DNA of 64,000 bases, from the IMG/VR virus record IMGVR_UViG_3300023174_003901, positions 1 to 64,000 of that record. One strand, written 5' to 3'. Each line of letters opens with the position of its first letter. Position 1 is the first letter of the stretch. Positions 55,501 through 64,000 of the stretch are shown here, in pieces. Below the pieces are notes generated by a model that searched no databases, was not told where the DNA came from, and was given only the letters and a program-made list of their open reading frames with translations. A program made the translations under genes and the position numbers. This DNA is from a virus. Lineage: Duplodnaviria; Caudoviricetes.

Positions 55501-58500
55501 GAGTGACATGCTGCCTGGCGGCAATGTCTACACAGAATCAACCACTGTGGTTGGACCGATCACCGGCAACACATTTGACACTACACAGGTTTACAATTAC
55601 ACCTCAGCCAATTATTTGGGATTGTTGGTTTATATAAATGATCGCCTGCTCACCAGAGACATTGAATACGTAGTTTCTACTGATTCCTCAACTTTGACAA
55701 TCACAATTCCCCTGGTAGTAGGCGACACAGTGGTCATACAAGAATACGCAGACACTTACGGAACCTTTATACCTAACACTCCTACCAAACTAGGGCTGTA
55801 TCCTGCATATGTTCCTGAGATATATCTAGACACAACTTATGTCACGCCCAGACGAGTGATTCGTGGCCACGATGGTTCAATCACCGTGGCATTTGATGAT
55901 TTTAGAGATCAGTTGTTGCTAGAATTTGAAACTAGAATTTACAACAACTTGAAATTGGATGGCAATCCAATACCCCTTAACGCCACGGAAGTTGTGCCAG
56001 GACAATTCCGTACAACAGATTACACACTAGGAGAAATAACTGATATAGAAAGTCAGGATTTCTTGACCTGGGTTGGCTGGAATAAATTAGATTACAAATC
56101 TCAAGATTACTTGGCCAACAATGGGTTTACCTGGAATTACAGCACAGCCGGTAACAAACTAAGCAACAATGAACCATTAGTAGTGGGTGCCTGGCGCGGC
56201 ATTTACAATTATTTTTATGATACCATAAGCCCCAACACAAGACCCTGGGAGATGTTGGGGTTCACTGTGATGCCTGCCTGGTGGGAGGCCGAATATGGTC
56301 CTGCTCCTTATACTTCAGGCAACTTGGTTCTGTGGGACGACTTGGCTGCAGGTCTAGTAAGAGATCCTGTTGCACCTTATGTGTTGCCTCAATATGCAAG
56401 ACCCGAACTTACACAAGTAATCCCCTCGGGTAGCGAAGGTGCATTGTTACCACCTATTGAAACAGTTGTTGGCAACTTTAACAGCAACAATTTCCAAAGA
56501 AATTGGACTGTAGGCGACGATGCTCCTGTGGAAAATGCCTGGAGAACCAGTAGCGCCTATCCTTTTGCCATCATGCGAATGTTGGTATTAACACGCCCTG
56601 CAGAGTTCTTTAGTTTGTTTGCTGATCGTGACTTATACAAATACGATGCTGAACTTAGTCAATACCTCTACAACGGTCGTTATAGACTAGATGCCAATGG
56701 CATTGAAATTTATGGCAATGGAGTTAGCAAGGCTAGTTACATTGACTGGATTGTGGACTACAATCGCATAAGTGGAATCAATTCAACTGACGCACTCACA
56801 CTAGATCTTAAAAATCTTGATGTTCGACTGTGCTATAGAATGGCAGCCTTTACAGGTAAAAACTTATTAGAAATTTACACTGAAAAATCCAGCCCTAACA
56901 GTCTCAATTCAAGTTTGTTGTTACCCGACGAAAGTTACAATCTACTGTTTTACAAGAATGTGCCTTTTGACCAATTGACCTACAGTAGTATTATTGTACA
57001 ATCAACTGCAAATGGTTGGGCAGTATATGGTTACAGTACCACACAGCCTTATTTCAATATCTTGGTCAGCCAAGTCAACGGGGTGTTGGGTACAATCAGT
57101 GCTGGTGGATTTGAAGTTCGAGTTCCAGTGACCTACAGCAATCAAGTGGTGCAAGTTCCTTACGGATATACCTTTACCAACAGAACTTTGGTAGCAGACT
57201 TCTTGCTGAGTTACGGAGCATTGTTACAACAGCAAGGTCTAATATTTGACCAAATGGAAAATGGTTATCAACTGGACTGGAATCAGATGGTCAGTGAATT
57301 CCTGTACTGGAGTGGTCAAGGCTGGGCCGAAGGAAGCATTATTAATCTGAATCCTGGTGCAACACAAGTTATTGTAGAGCGTCCTGGAGCCATAGTTGAC
57401 AGTATTGCGTTACAAACCACAGAGAACATGGTATTGAATGCTGATCGTACCCCGTTTGCCACTAGGGATCTTGTGGTTGAAAGACTAGATAACACATTTA
57501 CTCTCAAGAGTCTAACAGCAGACACCATCAACTATTTTCAGATAAAATTCACGTCATATGAAAATATGATTGTGTTAGATAATGAAAGTATCTTTGCTGA
57601 TTTGATATATTATCCTGCCACAGGAGCCAGACAAAGTAGAATTAGAATGATAGGATCAACCACCGAGGAGTGGAACGGTCAACTGAATGCTCCAGGCTTT
57701 ATCTTGAATCAAGACAACGTAAAAGAGTGGCAACCCCTACGCAAATATGCTCGCGGCGAAATTGTCCTGTACAAAAATTTCTATTACAGCGCAGTTGACA
57801 TTGTACAACCCAAACCAAAATTTGATTTCAATGACTGGACCCGTAGTGACTATACCAGGATACAGCAGGGACTGTTGCCCAACCTGTCCAACAAGAGTGA
57901 TCAGTTGTCCAACACATACAATGTATACAATGCCAATCTTGAACTCAATCAAGATTTGTTTGCTTATAATCTAATTGGATTCAAGCCTAGAGAGTACATG
58001 GTGGCTCTCAACTTAGACAGTACCAGCCAGGTAAATCTGTATCGTCAATTTCTTGGAACCAAAGGCACTGTACGTGCCGCTGAAATTTTTACCTTTGCCG
58101 ATCTTGGGCGCGGCGTTAACGAATACCAAATTTATGAAAACTGGGCGGTACAACGTGGTGTATATGGTGCCAACGCCAACAGAAGTTTTTACGAGATGAG
58201 GCTAAATGAAGCACTGTTAACTTCTAATCCTAGCCTTGTTCAAGTGGTCATTCCTGGCGAATCAAGTCAGGCCGAACAAACAGTGTTACTAAGTGATCTA
58301 TGGAATCAAAGTTACAAAATAACTAGTCCCGACATTTTGACCACTATCCTGACTAAAATAACAGACACAGCCTTACCGTCAGCAGGCTATGTCAACATCA
58401 ACGACGTTGATATCACAGTGTTCGACATTGATAATACTGCTTCGTTGGCAGGAAACTTAAACAATGTTAATGTGGGATCCATAATATGGGTGGCCAAAAT

Positions 58501-61500
58501 TAATGACTACGACTGGAACATTTACAGAACAGCCCAGGTACCAGGAATTATCACACAGGTTGACACAAATCTTAATGGCACCGCGGTGCTCACTTTTAAT
58601 CAGGCACACGGATTAGTAGCAGATAATATTTTGTTGATCAAGTATTTTGGATCCGGCATTGATGGTGTGTATCGAGTTTTAAATGTGCCAAGTATTTTCC
58701 AGGTCACTATTGCTTTTTCTTTCTTGCAAACCGATCAGATTGTGGCCACAGGTACAGGAACCGCGTTTACTCTACAAACTCAACGAATTGCACAAGGCAG
58801 TGACATTATCACTCTGCCATATGTCAATGATTTGATTCCGGGCAGCCGCGCCTGGATTGACGACAACGGCGCAGGACTATGGCAAGTGGTAGAAAAACAA
58901 GAAGTCTTCCAGACCAGCGGACAACTCCAAGTAACAACTCCTGTGGCCAACAGTCAATTTGGCGCAAGTGTTGCACAGGCCCATGACAATTTGTTTGCAT
59001 TTGTAGGAGCACCTGGTTACGGCGATACTGAATCAGGCGCAATTTACACTTATGTAAGAACATCTCAAAATCCATTCACTCAAAACAGTATAATAGAGTG
59101 TAATAATCCCGGAGCATATGGATTTGGTTCATCAGTCTCAATTGGCTATCAAACCTGGGGTGCGGTGGGCGCACCTACCAGCATTGGATCAGATTCTAGT
59201 GCAAATTCTGGATATGTGGGCGTTGTTTATAAATTCCCAAATAGTCCCACTTTCACGTTGTCAACATTGTTAACAGTGCCAGATGATACTTACATAGATT
59301 CAGGCAGTGCATTTGGTACCAGTGTTGTGGTCAGTCCAGATGAACGTTGGATGTACATTGGTGCCCCAGGCATTAATCAAGTGTTTGCATATGGACAGGT
59401 AGAGATAGAAGAACAACTGGTTGAGTATGTGACTGACGGCATACAAAGCAACTATCTATACAGCAATGATATAATAATTGATTCTGGTGAGTATGAACAG
59501 TTGTTTGTGGTGCTCAACGATCAACTATTGACTTACATCACTGATTACACAGTAACCAGCACCACAGTTGTGTTAAATTCAACGCCAGTGGAAGATCTTG
59601 TGTTGCGTATTGGTCGACGAGTTTCTCAAACATTTACAGGTGACGGTAGCACAGTGGGATTTTCGTTGAATGAATATTTGTACAGTGCTATCAACATCTA
59701 TAGTTTTAAAGTAGACGTAGATGGCATAATTCAACGTCCCAATATAGATTATACATTTAATAACAGTACTAGAAATCTAACATTTGATTCTGCACACATA
59801 CCAACCGGCACAATCAATGTCAGTACACAAAGTTACTATACCTATGTTGAAACACTAAGTCCGTCTGGACTTGTTGGCGGAGAAAGATTTGGTCAATCAA
59901 TCAGTTGTTCCACAGATGGTAGACAAATCATGATTGGGTGTCCAAACGACACATATGATTCAGTTGCTGATGCAGGAGCAGTTTACATATATGATCGATC
60001 TGTCCAAAGATTTATTGTGACAGATTCTACTCAAACAGTATATGTGGCCAATATCTCTACGTCGTTGGTGTCGCCAACATCGGTTATTTTAAGTAATCAG
60101 TTTCTAACAAACACTGCCGGTAACCCAACAGGGCAATTTACAGTTACCGCTAACCCTTCAACTCCAACAGTTTATAATCAAATTACCTTGACCACCCCTG
60201 CCGCAGTGGGAGATATATTAGAAATTGATGTCAACACCTTTACTCTCCTCCAAGTAGTTGGGGCCAATGTGCCATTCCAAGGTGCAAACTTTGGTCAGGC
60301 CGTAGACCTTTGCGTCAATAACTGTAGTTTATACACCGGTGCACCTCAAGACAGCAGTGTTTTACCTGAAGCCGGGTTGGTAGACCGTCAAGTAAACCAA
60401 AGCAGAGTATATGGCATAACAACGTCAACTGTAAACGCCAGACTGAATCCAGGAAATACCATTAGAATAAACAACATGGAAGTGGCACTGAGTACACCAA
60501 CGGCCTGGAACAGTGCTCTAACTTACACCATTGGTACCATTGTTGAATACAATCAAGGTCTTTGGATTGCAATCAGAGCGGTACCAATAGGGACAGCATT
60601 GAGTGACACTGCTTATTGGCAGCCCAGCAGTTGGGGTGCCGTACTGGCTCAAGATATTAACTCTAGCACAGTTCCCAACGTGATTGCATATGCTGGCGCT
60701 GTTCCAGGAACGCAAACATTTGGATTGCTTACTATCAGCGTCAAGAACACAGATGCCGCAATACCTGGTAATAAGTTATCGGTGCTTCCTGGATTGATTG
60801 GCAACATTTTTCAAAGTCTAGTATTTGAAACATTTGTTTATACACAGACTATTAACAGTCCATACCCAGTGGCCTATGCTGGATTTGGCGGTGCTGTAAA
60901 CATTGATACTAGTGCTCTCACTCTTACTGTGGGCGCACCACGGGGTAACTTGTATCGCCCCACAACCTTTGATGCTGGACTCACATATTTTGACAGCAAA
61001 ACCACAATATTCAATGGCCCATTGATTCAAAGCGGTGCAGTATACACATACGATTACTTTGCCAGTGCAGAAAGTTCAGTTACAAATCCTGGCAAGTTTG
61101 CATTTGGTCAACAGGTGTATGACAACACAGTATCTAATTTAGACCAATATGGAGCATCGATCGACTACACTGGTGGTATATTATTAGCCGGTAGCCCCAA
61201 AGACGATCTTGGTGACAGTTCATTGATTGCTCAGGACTACGGAGCGGTTAGTATTTTCAATAACCCAGACCTATCACCTGCTTGGGTAGTAACCAATGTG
61301 CAACTGCCAGTGGTGGACATTTCATTGATCAACGGTGTATTCACATACGATCGTGTGACCAGTGCCAAGACTGCCTTCTTTGACTTTATTGATCCATTGC
61401 AAGGAAAAATACTAGGAGCCGCACGTCAGAACATCGACTATATTGGTGCAGTTGATCCTGCTGCCTACAACGTGGGTGCCAAGAACAACAACGGCAGAAT

Positions 61501-64000
61501 CTGGGCTGCCACACATGAAGGCGAGATGTGGTGGGACACTAATTCGGTAAGATTTATCGATCCCAATCAGGATGATATTGTGTATGCCGCACGTAGATGG
61601 GCACAGATATTCCCGGGCAGTAGTATAGATGTTTATCAATGGGTTGCCAGCACAGTTCCTCCTGCCAACTATGCTGGTCCCGGTATACCTAGAAATCTAG
61701 TCAACTACTGTGTGACCACTGGATTGAATATCACAGGAGTGTTTGGAACCACGTATTATTTCTGGGTCAAGAACATTGTTACAATCAACACTGCCATAGG
61801 TAAAACCCTCAGCCCAAGCGGGGTTGCAAGATACATTGCTGATCCTCGTAGTAGTGGCATTCCTTATGTGGCATTTGTGAGCCCCAGCGCCACTGCCATT
61901 TATAATGGAGCAGACCAACTCAGTGCATTTGATACTGTAATCAATATTGAATTCGACAGACAACTTACAGATGACAATGTTCACGTGCAATATGATCTGT
62001 TGCCACAAGATCGTGCAGATGGTTTCTTGCCTGACAATTTGTACCAAAAATTACAAGACAGTTTCTGTGGAGTAAACATCCAGGGCGCTCTTGTGCCTGA
62101 CCCTTCCCTGAGTCCAGCACAACGTTATGGAGTGCTATTCCGTCCACGACAAAGTATGTTTGAAGACCGGTTCCTGGCCTTGCAAAACTACCTAGAGTAT
62201 GTTAATGCAGTACTATTGCAGTTTCCTATATCAGAAATTAGAAACTTTAGTTTGTTAAACAGCAGTGAAGCAGAACCACAGGCAAACACCGGCGCCTGGA
62301 ACAAGCGTGTGGCCAACATTGAAGAACTTAGTTATCAGGACCTGGCCCAAGTTTCAGTGGGTTACAAGTATCTTGTGGCCAGTGACAGCACACAAAACGG
62401 TTCGTGGACAATTTACACTGTGACAGCAACCAAAACATTTGAGACTTTGTTTTTGAGCCGAGTGCAGAATTATGATACCAGAAACTATTGGGAGTATGTG
62501 ACTTGGTATCTACCAGGATACAATCCCAGCGTAAAAATCATTGCCGAGGTGGCCAATGTAGCCACTCTCGACACTCTTAGTTTGGCGGCTGCACCTGTGG
62601 GCAGTAGTGTAAAAGTCACGGCCAACAGTCAAGGTAAATTTGAAATTTATTTGAGAACCAACACAGGGTGGGATCGCGTGGGTCTGCAGGACGGGACCAT
62701 TCAATTCCTGGCAGAACTTTGGGACTACGCACTAGGACGTTATGGTTTTGACGTTGAAGTGTTTGATTTACAGCACTTTGATCAAGAACCTGTAACCGAA
62801 ACACGCAAGATCATACAGGCAATCAATGAACAACTATTGATTGGCGACCTATTGATTGAACGCAATCGTGCGTTGATTTTGATGTTTAACTTTGTACTAA
62901 GCGAATTTGAAGCACCTGAGTGGCTGACCAAGACCAGTTTGATTGATGTTGATCACAAGATTCGACAACTGGTCCCTTATCAAACATACCAAAGAGACAA
63001 TCAAGATTTTGTACTGAACTATATTCAAGAAGTCAAACCATACCATGTGCAGATACGTGAATTTAACTTGATCTACAACGGGTTTGACGTTTACCAAGGT
63101 AGTATGGCTGATTTTGATTTGCCAGCGTTTTACAACACTGCTGAAGTGCCCAACCAGTACATGAGTCCAATATTGACTCCGTATACTTTGAGCACAGCAA
63201 CAGGAACTGGACATCCCAGCACTTATAGTGATGTAGCACCCGACAGTACGCTATGGCAAACACAACCATACAGTTTTTGGTATGACAATCATACTCTCAG
63301 CATACAAAATGTTGTGATTGCTGATGGTGGCAGCGGATATACAGTAGCGCCACAACTCACTGTGACAGGCAACTGTGTTACCCAAGCAACCATGACAGCA
63401 ATTGTCAACAGCGCAGGTCAAATCAGTCAGGTAATTGTAGATACTCCTGGTTCAGGTTATATCAGCACAGCCATTGTCACTGTATCGGGCGGTAATGGAA
63501 CAGGCGGGCAAATTATTGCTGTGATGGGCAATAACTTGGTACGTAGTATCAACACCACTATCAAATACGATCGTTATCAGTATGTGAGCACTATCTTACC
63601 TTGGGAAGCCAATGTATCATACGACAATGGTACACAAGTGCGTTATGACAACCGAGTATGGCAAGCCGATAGTGGAGACAGTTCGCCGGTGCAATCTGCC
63701 ACATTTGACCCTGATCAATGGATACTGGTTGCAGCCAGTTCATTGAGTGGTGTTGATCGTACCATGGGCTTTTATGTGCCAGGACCTGACCAACCAGGAT
63801 TAGATTTACCATTGCTGATTGATGGAGTAGACTATCCTGGTGTGCAAGTCGCCGCACCCACGTTCTCTCAGAATACCGGCTTTGATGTGGGCAACTTTGA
63901 CATCAATCCATTTGACAACATCAGTTATGGCCCAGAAGGTCGCCCCACATACGATCCTGCCATATTGGATGCCATCTATGAAAGTTCTTTCCTTGATCCT
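52505..64000 (+). CDS. Giant baseplate wedge / virion protein (gp7 position), 3' partial, at least 3832 aa
   Basis: Absent from the ORF track because it has no stop in the window. TAATG coupling to gp6. Begins MAIRTVDFLPDIFQT..NKQFLNATLDQL...YQLEPG. The frame was spot-checked at 56642, 60002 and the end (YDPAILDAIYESSFLDP). Contains seven FG-GAP-like and three CBM5/12-like motifs. Confidence 0.85.
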   Translation, partial: MAIRTVDFLPDIFQTTPNKQFLNATLDQLVQEPAFKKTQGYIGRRVGPGVNPNDYYVLEPDATRANYQLEPGVISLKPDTEEIQDAITYPGITDALAVQGANTTKSDRLYTSEYYTWDPFVSFDKFVNYSQYYWLPAGPDAVDVYATAIPLTDNFAVTRTSTAYEFSGVPGNNPVITLVRGGNYTFELSQTGNNFWIQTDPGANGQLPYAPNISSRDVLGVINNGEDLGTVSFYVPFKNAQQFYYDLTSIGNVDLLSELSYDQLNGVYLSDIIADYGGIDGITNLNNKTLVFTTSPSFPTNNLWQIQYTYDIDGLPIVNLAPIATINTLTKFNILFGTKWASTTWYNDASSVIVEVPLLTAIKDVLWYQDGTNPDIFGQIRLIDQADSSTINVVTDILGKQNYTSPNGVVFTNNLKVQFLAPVVPTSYANQSYYVAGVGTAIQLLSVTNYVTPETYTQSATVPFDSTPFDVGNFDSSLNQPLIPDYLTMALDSPDLNAWSRSNRWFHIDVINASATYNNTTPVLDNAFRARRPILEFRGGTRLYEMGTQGKQPVDIIDFVTTDAFSTINGTVGYGVDGYTFIAGTRVIFARDTDPDVRDKIYVVEFVTLSDDGSSFLEPVINLVPASDADVFVDQTVVCLSGTTLQGISFYYDGIQWIRAQQKTSTNQAPLFDVYDSNGYSLSNPVAYPSSTFAGSKLFSYALGPGLDDTVLGFPLRYLSINNIGDIVFDNNLYADTFLYVKDNVSLTKNISIGFVRQYADRTIYQREIGWQTAAVKSKIYQQFSFVYAENTPLLLDVAALPVDTVPSVKVYIDSTFQDPGTYTYVTTSNTTTITFPSTTVIVPGQIIEVLVLSDQASAVAFYQVPINLENNPLNQNADNLTLGTIRSHYDTIGQNLVGLTGKINGANNSRDLGNIIPFGLNILQQSSPMTLAGYFLRSPNYNIFASLEYNSREYEKYKAQLLNTAISNDYVNMTVPEILTAVITDLIAGRTSSNPFYWSDMLPGGNVYTESTTVVGPITGNTFDTTQVYNYTSANYLGLLVYINDRLLTRDIEYVVSTDSSTLTITIPLVVGDTVVIQEYADTYGTFIPNTPTKLGLYPAYVPEIYLDTTYVTPRRVIRGHDGSITVAFDDFRDQLLLEFETRIYNNLKLDGNPIPLNATEVVPGQFRTTDYTLGEITDIESQDFLTWVGWNKLDYKSQDYLANNGFTWNYSTAGNKLSNNEPLVVGAWRGIYNYFYDTISPNTRPWEMLGFTVMPAWWEAEYGPAPYTSGNLVLWDDLAAGLVRDPVAPYVLPQYARPELTQVIPSGSEGALLPPIETVVGNFNSNNFQRNWTVGDDAPVENAWRTSSAYPFAIMRMLVLTRPAEFFSLFADRDLYKYDAELSQYLYNGRYRLDANGIEIYGNGVSKASYIDWIVDYNRISGINSTDALTLDLKNLDVRLCYRMAAFTGKNLLEIYTEKSSPNSLNSSLLLPDESYNLLFYKNVPFDQLTYSSIIVQSTANGWAVYGYSTTQPYFNILVSQVNGVLGTISAGGFEVRVPVTYSNQVVQVPYGYTFTNRTLVADFLLSYGALLQQQGLIFDQMENGYQLDWNQMVSEFLYWSGQGWAEGSIINLNPGATQVIVERPGAIVDSIALQTTENMVLNADRTPFATRDLVVERLDNTFTLKSLTADTINYFQIKFTSYENMIVLDNESIFADLIYYPATGARQSRIRMIGSTTEEWNGQLNAPGFILNQDNVKEWQPLRKYARGEIVLYKNFYYSAVDIVQPKPKFDFNDWTRSDYTRIQQGLLPNLSNKSDQLSNTYNVYNANLELNQDLFAYNLIGFKPREYMVALNLDSTSQVNLYRQFLGTKGTVRAAEIFTFADLGRGVNEYQIYENWAVQRGVYGANANRSFYEMRLNEALLTSNPSLVQVVIPGESSQAEQTVLLSDLWNQSYKITSPDILTTILTKITDTALPSAGYVNINDVDITVFDIDNTASLAGNLNNVNVGSIIWVAKINDYDWNIYRTAQVPGIITQVDTNLNGTAVLTFNQAHGLVADNILLIKYFGSGIDGVYRVLNVPSIFQVTIAFSFLQTDQIVATGTGTAFTLQTQRIAQGSDIITLPYVNDLIPGSRAWIDDNGAGLWQVVEKQEVFQTSGQLQVTTPVANSQFGASVAQAHDNLFAFVGAPGYGDTESGAIYTYVRTSQNPFTQNSIIECNNPGAYGFGSSVSIGYQTWGAVGAPTSIGSDSSANSGYVGVVYKFPNSPTFTLSTLLTVPDDTYIDSGSAFGTSVVVSPDERWMYIGAPGINQVFAYGQVEIEEQLVEYVTDGIQSNYLYSNDIIIDSGEYEQLFVVLNDQLLTYITDYTVTSTTVVLNSTPVEDLVLRIGRRVSQTFTGDGSTVGFSLNEYLYSAINIYSFKVDVDGIIQRPNIDYTFNNSTRNLTFDSAHIPTGTINVSTQSYYTYVETLSPSGLVGGERFGQSISCSTDGRQIMIGCPNDTYDSVADAGAVYIYDRSVQRFIVTDSTQTVYVANISTSLVSPTSVILSNQFLTNTAGNPTGQFTVTANPSTPTVYNQITLTTPAAVGDILEIDVNTFTLLQVVGANVPFQGANFGQAVDLCVNNCSLYTGAPQDSSVLPEAGLVDRQVNQSRVYGITTSTVNARLNPGNTIRINNMEVALSTPTAWNSALTYTIGTIVEYNQGLWIAIRAVPIGTALSDTAYWQPSSWGAVLAQDINSSTVPNVIAYAGAVPGTQTFGLLTISVKNTDAAIPGNKLSVLPGLIGNIFQSLVFETFVYTQTINSPYPVAYAGFGGAVNIDTSALTLTVGAPRGNLYRPTTFDAGLTYFDSKTTIFNGPLIQSGAVYTYDYFASAESSVTNPGKFAFGQQVYDNTVSNLDQYGASIDYTGGILLAGSPKDDLGDSSLIAQDYGAVSIFNNPDLSPAWVVTNVQLPVVDISLINGVFTYDRVTSAKTAFFDFIDPLQGKILGAARQNIDYIGAVDPAAYNVGAKNNNGRIWAATHEGEMWWDTNSVRFIDPNQDDIVYAARRWAQIFPGSSIDVYQWVASTVPPANYAGPGIPRNLVNYCVTTGLNITGVFGTTYYFWVKNIVTINTAIGKTLSPSGVARYIADPRSSGIPYVAFVSPSATAIYNGADQLSAFDTVINIEFDRQLTDDNVHVQYDLLPQDRADGFLPDNLYQKLQDSFCGVNIQGALVPDPSLSPAQRYGVLFRPRQSMFEDRFLALQNYLEYVNAVLLQFPISEIRNFSLLNSSEAEPQANTGAWNKRVANIEELSYQDLAQVSVGYKYLVASDSTQNGSWTIYTVTATKTFETLFLSRVQNYDTRNYWEYVTWYLPGYNPSVKIIAEVANVATLDTLSLAAAPVGSSVKVTANSQGKFEIYLRTNTGWDRVGLQDGTIQFLAELWDYALGRYGFDVEVFDLQHFDQEPVTETRKIIQAINEQLLIGDLLIERNRALILMFNFVLSEFEAPEWLTKTSLIDVDHKIRQLVPYQTYQRDNQDFVLNYIQEVKPYHVQIREFNLIYNGFDVYQGSMADFDLPAFYNTAEVPNQYMSPILTPYTLSTATGTGHPSTYSDVAPDSTLWQTQPYSFWYDNHTLSIQNVVIADGGSGYTVAPQLTVTGNCVTQATMTAIVNSAGQISQVIVDTPGSGYISTAIVTVSGGNGTGGQIIAVMGNNLVRSINTTIKYDRYQYVSTILPWEANVSYDNGTQVRYDNRVWQADSGDSSPVQSATFDPDQWILVAASSLSGVDRTMGFYVPGPDQPGLDLPLLIDGVDYPGVQVAAPTFSQNTGFDVGNFDINPFDNISYGPEGRPTYDPAILDAIYESSFLDP

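Noticed and set aside
52686-63857. Small ORFs listed across the last 11.5 kb, suggesting a gene-poor region
   Set aside because: They are alternative-frame shadows of a single uninterrupted plus-strand ORF starting at 52505.
1-64000. Alternative genetic code (stop-codon reassignment) as in some large phages
   Set aside because: Core genes are full length in code 11, and TAA, TGA and TAG (gp55) all serve as stops at gene boundaries.

Overview
The window is a segment of a large T4-like (myovirus) bacteriophage genome. It uses the standard genetic code and shows no host genes, tRNAs or CRISPR arrays. From left to right: (1) 1-17.8 kb is a minus-strand cluster of four very long Gly/Asn/Thr-rich tail-fibre/adhesin genes plus a fibre chaperone. 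(2) 17.9-21.4 kb holds a glycosyltransferase/DUF115-like gene, a virion protein, a TPR-glycosyltransferase and a free-standing GIY-YIG/NUMOD3 homing endonuclease. (3) 21.4-27.4 kb is the head module (gp23, gp22, gp21, an acidic core protein, a small conserved ORF, portal gp20). (4) Next come a tape-measure-like protein with a muramidase domain and, divergently, a gp26-like chaperone linked by a probable -1 frameshift to a gp51-like ORF. (5) A 470-bp highly structured non-coding region lies directly behind a minimal GIY-YIG nuclease gene. (6) gp46, gp47 and gp55 are interleaved with two radical-SAM genes, an SGNH-like gene and an unknown gene. (7) 39.9-64 kb is the plus-strand baseplate module (gp48/54-like, gp53-like, split hub, gp5-like, gp25, gp6, and a >3832-aa protein running off the window). 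The strongest candidates for something undescribed are the minimal GIY-YIG nuclease with its large downstream structured RNA, the G/GT-like frameshift, pervasive leaderless transcription, and a late-expressed glycan-modification toolkit beside sequon-rich fibres. All family assignments come from motif recognition by eye; no searches or folding programs were run.
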